64,000 nucleotides of DNA from positions 68,014,001-68,078,000 of the forward strand of contig CM097885.1 of assembly GCA_044892525.1 (NCBI GenBank), in the 5' to 3' direction. Within the stretch, counting starts at the first letter, position 1; each line of letters begins with the position of its first letter. Both the position numbers and the translations under genes were made by a program. The stretch comes from Schmidtea polychroa (Eukaryota). Of the stretch, positions 48,293-60,116 are shown piece after piece. The notes beneath the pieces are model-generated. The model saw nothing but the letters and a program-made list of their open reading frames with translations. It did no database searches and was not told the origin of the DNA.

Positions 48293-49234
48293 AGAAAAAT
48301 TCACTTGAAAAAGGCAGTGCTGAAAATTCGTGAATATCAAAAACATCGATATATATACTGATTTATAGTCTTCAAGCTCTTTTTAATAAATTTAATGGAA
48401 AAAAATCAGTGGTGAAATTGGAAAAAAAGTTCTTATATTATTATTATTATTATTATTTAAAACAATAAAAGGCTTAAATTATCATTTTATTGTTTTAAAT
48501 AATGAATACTGCTACCAAGAAATCATCATTTTATATTATTATTATTATTATTGGTTCCTGCATTGAAAAATAAATTAATTACTAAAACTTTCTACAATAA
48601 ACAAAAGGGTAAAAGACTACTGAATTGAAAAGCTTTTTTTGAATGTTTGTATATATGAATAATAAATGCATTTAACAATTGATCATAGCGCATAGCAATT
48701 TGTTATTATACTGACGACAATGTATAATATGTCCAGTGAACCGAATCCTCTTTGAAAAGTAGAAGCACTAAGGTATTTGTCTTCATATATGTATTGGTTC
48801 TACTATTCTCCAATAATGAAATTTTATAACTACGTTTTAGTATTAACTTAATATCAAATTTGACCTTTCGGAAGTGATTCATAATAATTACTACATTTTG
48901 TTTTAAATAGCTCAATAATTCATGGTGTTTATTTGATAGCTAGAAATTTATCTATTAATTTAGAATATTCTCTGTTAGTGTTTTTTCGAATTTTGATGTG
49001 AATAAATGTGGATAAGAATATAATCCATAATTAATTATGAAAAAACAAAGTTAAGTGCAATAGTTACCGAAAGGATATAAAAGACTTTCGTAAATCTTAA
49101 TCATGACCCATGACGAATTGGAATTCAGGACAAGTAAATTGACACCGATAAAATCAATGAAAATAATGTATATTATATAATATTAGTAAAATAATTTATC
49201 TTTGTTCTTTTTTATCTGTCATAATCCTTTAAAA

Positions 49235-49505
49235 CAGTGGTTCTTAAAGTTGTGCACTTGACGGACTGATCGCGGATCACTAACTTAAAGAACGAGCTAT
49301 ATTAAGAGCGATCTATATTTTATGAGAATACCATAAGGTTAATCACCATTTGTTTCAATATCACTGACACCATTTAATTTGTTTTAATTAAATTTTCATT
49401 ATGGGATGTTAGAACATTCAAATAATTTAACCATTTAAAGTAAAAAATTTGAAAATTAAAATTAATTTTTGACCATTCCATGGACCAATACTTCAAGAAC
49501 GACTG
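49235..49505. mobile_element. hAT-type MITE (271 bp)
   Basis: TIRs CAGTGGTTCTTAAAGT / ACTTCAAGAACGACTG; TSD CTTTAAAA / CTTTAGAA. Confidence 0.8.
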
Positions 49506-49939
49506 CTTTAGAATACCATTTATGTTCATTTGGATTTCAGCTGTGTTGTGGTGTAATGTAATTAAGTTTTTATTATTAATAATTGTGTGAATGATATTGT
49601 TGATTCATGCTGTTTGTCGAATTCCTTATTTATGCATTACTTCATTGAAAGAATTTCATCGGGAGACTGTTTAAATAATATTAGAGAGATAAATCTTGAA
49701 TAAATAAAATATGGTTATCATTTAACTTTTGATTCTAAGCAGCATCAATAAATAATGCACTTTAGCTAATATATACATCAGTATTTTTTCTTATTTATAT
49801 AAGATTTGAATTGAAAGAAATTATTTTTAATCACGCTCTGTTTATTTTTATGCTTTATTCATCGCTTTTTAACTTCAATATAATTTAATTTCAAATGATC
49901 AGAACAGCAAATGTATAAAAACGAAAATAATGCAAGAAG

Positions 49940-50230
49940 CAGCGCTGTGCTGTAACTTTTGTGGGCCCTATGCAGACACTAAAAAAATTTTTTTAATTTT
50001 ATTGCATTCATTTTTATTGATTTTAATTAAAAAAAATATACAAAGTAATTATAAAGCAATTTTTCTAGCTCTTTTTTGAATTTTGAGTTTTCATCTTTGT
50101 TTTTTCTTTCAATTCGTGATATTCTTTTGCTATTGGAGAAGTTTTTCTAATGTATTTAATATTTTGGTATCCCTCAAAAATAGGAGCCCATTGCGGTTGT
50201 ACTTGTTGCATTTGCGATGGTACGACGCTG
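49940..50230. mobile_element. hAT-type MITE (291 bp)
   Basis: Ends CAGCG...CGCTG; TSD GCAAGAAG / GCTAGAAG; GGGCCC/GGAGCCC subterminal motifs. Confidence 0.65.
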
Positions 50231-50369
50231 GCTAGAAGCCATTAATTGACTTAATCCAGATGACTAATTTGATTATCTTGAAAAAAAGCAAAGTTAAAGA
50301 ATCATTTACTTCAGTAGTATTTATTTATACGCCAATTGACTATACTTTAATTAACTTTAACTTAGCACT

Positions 50370-50900
50370 ATTTATTTCAGAGAAAGACTTCCCACCATCT
50401 TTGCACTCGAGTTTTTGAGCATTGTCGATGGAATGGATTGACTCTCATTAGTGATCATTTTAGGAAATGTATTCAGTAAAACTGTAGGTATCTCTGGTTT
50501 TAAGATTATGACGAAAATTTTGAATAATTATTGGAAACGAGTGACTTGTGAGGCGTTGTTGATTAGATCTTTAAATCCTAAAATTAATATTCAAAGTACT
50601 CAGACTACAGGGATTTTGAATGTATTTAAATAATTGAACGTTGTATGAAAACGAATGTTTAAATTTAAATTTAACTTGAATGGTCTTCTTTTTAATTTTA
50701 AAATTAACAAAAATCTTGTATGAGAGAATGATAATAATTTTGTACGTTTTTAAAAAATGTTAAATTATTTCAATTTGTTACAATTTAATTACGATTATTA
50801 TTGGTTAATTTGATTAAATATTCCTTATTTTCATTTAGTTATTATTAATATGATTTATAGCCTGAAGAAGACTGCCAAGTGGTCGAAATATATAGCGAGA
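50370..50900 (+). mobile_element. 3' fragment of a second Penelope-like family (B) with a degenerate HHR at 50856-50900
   Basis: KTSHHLCTRVFEHC...ISDHFRKC and WKRVTCEALLIRSLNPKINIQ (GIY-YIG C-terminus); trailer CTGAAGA-A-GAC...GTC-GAAA-TATA-TA. Confidence 0.75.
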
Positions 50901-51841
50901 TGTTTGGTTAAAAATTAAATTAAATCAAATAAAAATTTCCTCTTGTTAATATAATATTTATAATCTAAAAGTCTAAATGTTTGAATTGTTATTTTTATTA
51001 AAAATTAAAGAACATCGGGCGTCAGATTACATTAAATTATCCAGCACAAATGAAACGTGATCTATTTCGTAAAAATTAAATTAAAATTTCATAATTTTAT
51101 AAGATAAATTTTATAAATTAATTAAAAATACCAGTAAAACATCGGAATATTCTAGACACCTCTTTTGGGGTTGTCTAAAGGCCGGCAACAATTTTTGTTA
51201 ATATACCTGTACACTAGTCGAGGAAAATAAAAAAATCGGAATTCGAAATTCGAAAGTTAAACATTACGGAATTCGATCGAATTCCGAAATATTGTTTATT
51301 TTTTAAAGTCTATACAAATAATAAAAATAACTTATTTGAGATAATTTATTGTTATTTATTGCATAATATTACTTTTTTTTAAATGAAAATGGAACATAAA
51401 ATTATATCATTCAAAATGAAATATAAACATAAATGTACACAAATTCAATTATTACATAACAATATAATAATAGTTAAAAATACATTATTTAAAATGTATT
51501 ATTTAAAAACCCTAACCCTAGTGACTAGGATCTATGTTTACTATTTAGCAGTAACAGTAAAATAACTGGTTGTTTGGAAAAAAATAAAAACAGCAAACTG
51601 CTGTTTTCGAAAGATTGTTTTTAATGTTTTTCATTTTTAAAATTAAAATTTGAAATTTCGAGAAAAAATAAAAAATGCGCGAAATTAATTTTTCCGTGCG
51701 TTCATTGTAACGATTAAACTTTGTTTTAATATTGTAATTCGTTTCTATTTACATAGTTGCATAAAATATTGTTCAAACAAAGGATACAATTTTTATTTTC
51801 AAAAATTTTCAAAGAAAAGTCGTAAAATTTACTATTGGTAG

Positions 51842-53098
51842 TAGTGATTGTACACCGGTTTACCAGCAAAAAAACACTCGGTAAATTTACCGGTAAATTC
51901 GGTAAATTAAAAATCCTTGCTAGAAATTTTTATGTGTAAAATATCGTATTTATAAATATCTAAAAGTAAGAGTTACGAGTCCTTTGTACGATTTACAAAA
52001 AGCTATAATTTTTATAAATAAATTACTTTATATTACATATTTTCTAAGTTAATTTGTTTGTATTTTGTGCGAGTTTTGAAATCTAAGGTAAGTTTTTATT
52101 TTACTATTATGCTATTACATTTGATATTAACGTGCCACTTACCAAATCGAGTAACTCCATGTTCTGCAATATTTGACAGACCATAATTTGGTTTCTTCGA
52201 ATCAGGAAAACTACGATATTTTTCATATCTCAAAAAAGCAACAATAATCAAAAGTATTGTGGATATACTTTCGATTATTGTTGTTGATAGTCAGATTCAG
52301 TTAAATCATTCTGATTTTGATACCAGTTTAGAGTCAGATTATAAAAATATTGATACTTCTACAGTTAATGAAGAAATGCCTATAAAGCAGAAATTATACG
52401 ATTTGATAAAACAAAAAACAGAATGTCAGGAAAGAATGGCAATATATTGTGAAAAAAGAATTGGAATACTTCCGCCAAGAGAAAATACGAGGAAAGTATA
52501 TTCAAATGGTATATGATTATTTGATGACAATTCGTCCAACAAGTGTTGATTCAGAAAGGGTATTCTCGGGCTCTGGGTTATTTTGTACAAAAATAAGAAC
52601 AAAATTAAGAGATATCACTTTAAATAATTTAAGTTTTTTGAGGAGCTATTTTTTAAAAAATGTTAATAAATAGAAAACTATTAGTTAATAAAGCTATTTC
52701 TGTGTCATTATTATTTTTTTAACTTTATTTTTATTTGTTTCTAAAATATTATTATAGTTTGTTTAGATTTATAATAATAGATTTATAATTGGAGATTTTA
52801 TAATTTAGATTTATAATTGGAGAGACTTCCCGTCATCTCTGTATTCGAGCTCGAGAACATTGTAGACCGAAGGCTTTGACCCATATTGGTGAGCACAATA
52901 AGGGCTGTAAGATTAAAATAGGTATGTCTGATTTCAAAATTTTATTAAAAATTTCGATAATTATTGGGAACGTGTGATTTGTGAGGCGTTGTTTATAATA
53001 ATACATTAATCTTCATATTTTTCATATTTTATAATTTTTAAATAAAAATCATGAAATGGAAATTTAAACTTGGTAAACCGATAAATTTACAATCCCTA
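51842..53098 (+). mobile_element. Deleted hAT element with TAGGG-type ends; nested PLE-B fragment at ~52810-53000
   Basis: TIRs TAGTGATTGTA / TACAATCCCTA; perfect TSD ATTGGTAG; GGTAAA subterminal repeats; hAT dimerisation domain PTSVDSERVFSGSG...RTKL. The nested piece reads IIGETSRHLCIRAREHC. Confidence 0.88.
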
Positions 53099-56000
53099 AT
53101 TGGTAGCAAAGAATTATTTTAATGTTTTTTTTATATTTCATAAATACTTTTAGCAATATCTGGCTGGGTTTATGCAACAAAAAAAAATTACAAAAGATTT
53201 AGAAGGACAATGTCAGCGTTGTAACCAAATAATCAAGTATTCAGGAAACTATACAACTACCTAAAAGAATAGCTTGAAATTTCACAGAATTTTTTTTTGA
53301 TAAGGCAATTAAATGACTATAAAAAAGTAGAAGTGAAAACAAACAAAAACAAACTTTTTAGAGCGAATCGTAATAACATTGCCAATAACTGTAGCTAGTG
53401 CGGTGGATAGAAGCTATTTTAAGCTTAAATGAATAAAAACTTATTTGCGCGATACTTATATTGACATAAGGTGGTTCAAACTTATATAATATATTTTAGA
53501 AATATAATTACGTTATCTCTTTAATCCGAAGTTAATGAATAGATAAGAATTTATATTGAAATAAGGAAATAACACTAGATTTGACATATACATATTTTTT
53601 TAAATTAACCCACTTTCCGTGATCAGATCGATCTGAAATTTTGACACCATAAAGTGTTCTCAACAACGAATCTACTTGCCAAATTTCAGCTCAATCCGAT
53701 AACCGAAAATAGGATAATTTGGCCTCACAAAATTTGCGTTGCACATATAAAAATCAGTGAAGTTAATATAGAAAAAGTAATAAAAATGTTTTAGTTACTC
53801 TTTTTCTGGGCGTGATTTAGACTCTTGGCCTAGGGCACTAAAAATGATCGGCCGCCCCTGACTAAATAGTTATTAGTAATAGATAAAGTCTATAAATTTA
53901 TGATAATGTATAAAATTTTTCATTGATCCCTTTTTTCAAAAATAAATTCATTTTAATGTTTAGTATAAATTAACTGATCTTATTAATCGGTTCATCTCTA
54001 CTAAAAATATTTTATTCAAATAAAATATAATGTCAATTAAATATGAAAAAAACTCAGAGGTGAAAATCAAAAGAAGTTCTTTAAATATATATGAAAACTT
54101 TTCTGTTTTACATTCGGAAAGAAAGTTGATCGAAATGAAAATAAATGAAAGATTAAAATTAAATAAGAAATTAAATAACGAAAGTCATAAAATAATATTG
54201 AAAAGTATTGTAAAGTCGGAGAAGCCGTTTCGAAAGAAGTTATAGTTAAAGCCATTTACCGTTAATATGTATATTGAATCATTTAGTGTAATTCTAAATT
54301 TATAGTTCTAAATTTTAAAACGTAACCCAGAAAGATCATTCTAAACCACTAACTAGTTCAATGAAATTAAATTTTTATTTATTTTGTTGTTATTATGTAA
54401 AGTGGTTCTCATCAGTTTTATTGAAGTATGTATTTTCCATTTAAAATTAAATCTGATCTTGTCTTCGAACCTAAAATGATAATAATTACCATAATAATTA
54501 TAATAATAATAATAACCTCTGATTTCTTTTCGATTGACATTGTAATTATTAATTATTTCAAATTGGTAAACTTGAAATTTCAAAAATAAAATTTGTTTTC
54601 ACGAAACCTAAAAATTGAAAATATAATGCTCTTGTTGCTTCTTATAAATCAAATGAATGTTTTTCTTGGTTTTGTTAGATGACAGAGGACGAGCCACAGA
54701 TAATTTTGAACTAAATACTACAGAATGGGTTCAAACAAATACCGCCTCAATATATATATATATATATATATGCGGAAAGAAGATGCAAAGTAATACTAAA
54801 ATGCCATAGCCAAAAGAAGATCGAAGACAATTCAGCAGAACAGCTTAACGAACTGATTTATTATTCAAATAACAATTGTGTACAACTTTGTGAACTAGTT
54901 TTTGGACTGAAAACAGTCTTAAATAATTATTGATATTTGTATGCTTGTATTCTTTCATTGTGTTGGGTTTTTGGGGAAATGTAAAAGTTATCAATCAAAT
55001 CTCTGACTCCAAAGCGTGTTTTATATGATACAAAAAAAACAATTCTCGGACAAGATAAACCTTTATTGATTATCCAAATTGATTACACGAATTATAACAA
55101 CATGATCAATTCAACACTCAAATAGGTAATTATACGGAGCTTATTGCAACACTACGCGTATAATTCCCAAATACTTAAAAATCACCAGTCGCTGACCCGA
55201 CTCAATAATTAGGTAAATTGATTTGAAATCTCATTTGCTTTGATTTGCATTTAATCAGTATACTTTGAACCTTTCTTATTGAACCCAATTTTATTGCACC
55301 GTTTAGTTCCAATATTTTCCAAAATATAATCAAAATTCTTTTAATTAAAATAACTTCAAAATCGAAAGTCAGCTGCTTTGAAAGAAAAGCCGTTTATTTA
55401 GAAATATCACCTGTCTAACAAAACTTAGAAAAATATCACCTGTTAGTGTTTGGCATAAGAAAGTAATAATTAAAATTAACACAAAGAATAATAATAATAA
55501 TGTTGGGGAAAAACTGACTTCAAGCCCAGGCATAAGCAACGTGACGAAATCCGTCGGAACATAAAACATAGCAGTAAATCGAATAAATTAGAAACAAGTA
55601 AAAACACCAAATAAACATAACTAATGGAATCCACATATCATCAAAGTAATAAACCCAAGTTTAAAGAAAAATCAAACAAAGGCAAGAAGTATAATACACG
55701 AAACAAACTCAAACACAACATAAATTCATAACAGAGGTAAGCAAATTTGAATTAATGGCGATAAGAAGAGATATGAATGTAAATTAGAAAGATTTCCACA
55801 AAATAACTTCAAAAATGAATTAGGGATAAAAATTATAATAAGAATATACCGTAAAAATGACGAAATCTATCATGACAGCCAAGTAACTTAGCAAAGTTAA
55901 CTAAAAAAAATTTAATAATTAAATAACAAAAAAGCAAAAAGAAATAACATAAAAATTAAAGGAAATGAGAATTAGATATTAAAATCCTTAAGACAGCAGA

Positions 56001-59000
56001 GAATATTCTAGAAAACGCCCATATCCACGATGGCGGCAAAATTAATTAAAAATAAATAAAATATAAAATTTCGAAACTAAATTTAATAATAATTTTAAAA
56101 AAATCGCCATCAAAATTGATAAAAATTAGAAATCAAAATTAGATAGATAAGAATAATTCAAATTTGTTTTACTGAATCAATGCATGCACACATTATATAC
56201 ACCAAAATTAGGGTATATACCGATGCATTTCGGTCACAAAACACATGATTTTATGCCAACATTTTTGCCAGAAAATTTAACAAGTATAGTTATTTTTTGT
56301 CTATTTATGTTCATACTATTAATTTTTGTTTACTATCATGTTATGAGAATATAAGGTTGTGCATAATTATCGTTTGTTTTCCAATTTCCTATTGAACAAG
56401 TGAGACACAGCTGGTGACAACGCCGGTGGACAACTACCGGACCTTAATACCCGCCTACCTCCAACCCTCTAACGATGACCATTTGGAAAAAGCCGTAAAC
56501 CACAATAGGTCGGGCAAACTTTAACGTCGTAGTCGATTGGCCCGCAAGGTAGCTCTTATCCCTGAGGACTCAACTATATCTGAATTGATGTGATTAGCAA
56601 ATGTGATACCATAATAAACTAAAATGTAGTCAATTATGTTCCCAGTTCGAATGACTTGAATTTCATCGGGTCGACACCGATAAAATTCTTAATATAGTTC
56701 TTATAGTAACAACTGTACAAAAAACGGTATAAAAGCAAAATTCTTCGCCCAAAAAGTTTTCCAAGTTCTGTGAATTAAAAAAGCTCAATCCTTCTTAGTT
56801 CTAAAAATCAAACGACACTACAAAAACTTTCAAGAATTTTACACACAACATAACACCCATATATAACATTAAACACTTACACAACACGCATCATTTAGTT
56901 GATTTTGTGGAAAGGAATTGATATTCATTAGTAAATTTTTATTTAATAAATATTTGAAATATAATACTTCGTCTTTTGTATTGCATATAATTTAGGAAAC
57001 ACCAGTGCAACTTTGGGAATCTCAAATTTCATCGAGACCTTAACAGTTTTACATGCAATTGTTATGAAATATTCCGATCAGATTCGTTCTGAAGGCATAA
57101 TTGGACTGATAAAAATTGAACTGTAGAAAAATAGATTGAGGAAAACTCAATTGACAAAAAAACTAATTGATGAAAAATACAATGTATCAGAAATTAAATG
57201 TTTTCAGATTAGAAAATTATTTCATTTATACAAAAAGGAAGTGAAGTCATAAAATCAAATTGTTGAGGATACATAAATAAATAAATAAAATAATTAGTAA
57301 ATTAGTAAAATGAATGAGAAAACCCAATGAATGTCTATGACAATACTGTACTAGACCTTGAGAAAGCAGGACGGCGAGAAAAATTGAAAATTAGAAATGA
57401 ATAGCAAAAATTAATTAATAAAACAATTAATAAATAGGTCTTTATTAATTAACTATTTCAAGTTGAAAATAGAAGTTGGAAAAAACAAAGGAAAAAAGAG
57501 TTCTTTTTCATTCAAAACATGGTTGGAGTAAGACTAACATTTGCTAATATATTATTTCACTAACAATCCCATTAATTTGTACAATAATTTGTATCGAGAA
57601 TATTAAACCAGAATCTTCAGTTGAGTAATTGTAAATACTTTTCAGTTTAATTAAAACTTATATTCTTCAATAATGCTGTGATAAGTATGTGAAAATTCTT
57701 TTGAATAAATCTTTGAAATTGTGATTAGTGGAAGCAGCGACAAAAGCATTTTAATATTATTCGGAATTCGTTACTGTTATTATTACTTTATTACNNNNNN
57801 NNNNNNNNNNNNNNNNNNNNNNNNNNNNNNNNNNNNNNNNNNNNNNNNNNNNNNNNNNNNNNNNNNNNNNNNNNNNNNNNNNNNNNNNNNNNNNNNNNNN
57901 NNNNNNNNNNNNNNNNNNNNNNNNNNNNNNNNNNNNNNNNNNNNNNNNNNNNNNNNNNNNNNNNNNNNNNNNNNNNNNNNNNNNNATAATAAAACAGATT
58001 ATTTGAAAAATATTAATTAATGAGTAATTCTTTATTAACGGAATTAAATAAAGTTATAATACATTTTTAGGGAAAAGAAATTAGTGTTGCATATCATTTT
58101 CTTTGTATAATACAAAAATTATAAGAGAGAAGAAAGTGAATTTTCCAATGGATATAATTTTCCTAATGAAATGTTGTTTGATAATGTTTTAGATACATAT
58201 GTAAAGCATTATTTGAAGTATATTTAATGGAAATGAACTGCATAATTTAATTGATAAAAATATTTTATTCGAGAGTTATAAAAATTAATTTTTAAGTGAT
58301 TAATTCATTAACGTTAGATTAACATAGATAATAATTGATTACTTCCGATCCGACTAAACTTCTATTATTTAATTGACATTTTTGTGCTTTATTGTGAAGT
58401 CAAATTTCAATAGCACTAATCATATCCATTGCAAACAATGCATTATCATAATTATTTCTGCTATTGAAGAATGACTTACTCAAATTATTAAGTTGAAAAT
58501 CAATGAGTGAACAAACAAAACATTCACTCATTCTGTAAGGAAAATTTGTCATTGTTTAAAATTTCCAATAAAATTTCATCAAATTTGGAATTTTCTTAAG
58601 TTTTATAATTTTATTTCAGATTTTGCAGATTAAAGAAAATCAATTAATTAGATAAATTATAAATAAGTCAATATTTTTTACAAATTAAAATTCAATAAAA
58701 CTTTCGTTACTATCGGTTGTCATTAATATTACGTAATGGTTACTATGGTTATTTTCAATTTGGTTTCCAATGAACCAAGTTACTCCTTAATATAATCAAT
58801 GATGTGACATTCAGATTTTTCGGATTAGAATATGTTACAAATTTCGTATAAAAGTTCTCAGAAAATCTTTTAATTATTCACTTTATTAAAATTCCACTTT
58901 TGGTAAATGAATACTGTAAATAAATTTCGCTTGTTCAAAAAACTAGCAAAAGAAGATATAAAAAATATAAAATCAATTGACAAGAATAATATCTGCCTAT

Positions 59001-59364
59001 TTAAAATTTTATAATAATAAAAAATATAAAACAAATCAAGGATTACTTGTCTTATCTTCTGATTTATAACTCTGAAATCTATGACTACTCAAATTGTGAT
59101 ATGCTAAATCAAACTTTAATTAAACCACATAACTTTTTAAATGCTATTCGTCAGTTAAAAACAATGTGAAACAAATTAGTTGACATACCTTATAACTCAT
59201 ACTAGATAATTTAAATTATTATTTTTACTGGAAAATTTTTTATTTAACAATTAAATCAAAATTTCAAATTACTATTTTACTTGGAGTGAATAATAAAATT
59301 TTTTTAAATTATTTTATGAATAAAAGATTGTTGTTTTAATATTCACTATAATTTGAATTTTTTA

Positions 59365-59901
59365 ATGGTTAAGAAAACTCGGCATTTTAGTTACGATGTG
59401 AATCGTAAGCAATTAAACAGAACGAAAAAGAAGCAGCCAAAAATCATAGAGTAAACTTTTTATAATTGCTTTATTTCTACTTCAATTTAGCGAAACTATA
59501 AAGGCGTCCTGGAATAGTTTAAAATCAACTAAACAAAATTTAAACGAAATGGGCTTAGTAGTTGATCCAAATAAACTAATAACAGTCGATGGAAATGTTC
59601 ATTCTTCTGACCAAACAACTGATGTTGTTAAAATCCTTAAAGTTAAAACAACATTGAAGGCACCAAAAAAAGAAATAGTTCTTTCTGAACCTGACAGAAT
59701 TTTATGTGTACATTTTATTTCCAATTATGGAGATGATTTAAAAGTAATTTAGTTAGTTCTTGATTTTTTTATCTAGAGATTTAGAAAATGGTGAAAGATG
59801 ATGAAAATATTTATCAGTTAACAGCAGGGCAAATCGGTCAAATGATTAAGAAATTTAAATCTTCTAATCATTATAAAGAATATTTGAATTCAATAAAATA
59901 A
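59365..59901 (+). CDS. NOP16: Nucleolar protein 16 (151 aa, 3 exons)
   Basis: Exons 59365-59450, 59491-59743 and 59785-59901 (40- and 41-nt GT-AG introns). FSYDVNRKQLNR, WNSLKSTKQNLNEMGLVVDPN, YGDDLKKMVKDDENIYQLT match NOP16 motifs. Confidence 0.9.
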
Positions 59902-60116
59902 ATTTTGTTGGTTTTACGTTTATTATTTTCCAAGAAACTAAGTATACATTTATATGATTTCATTTTGATTTTTAAAAGATTTAAATTAAATATAATATAA
60001 AGAAAAGTTCATCAATTATATTCGAGTACAAAAATTATTAGGAAATCGTTCAAATTGAATTTATAACAAAGCTAGCATGATCACAATGTTATACGACATC
60101 GTACAATTCCACCAGT

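Noticed and set aside
51510-51520. CCCTAACCCTA telomere-like repeat
   Set aside because: Only two units; the flanking CACTAG/CTAGTG ends lack a TSD, so neither a telomere nor a complete element is supported.
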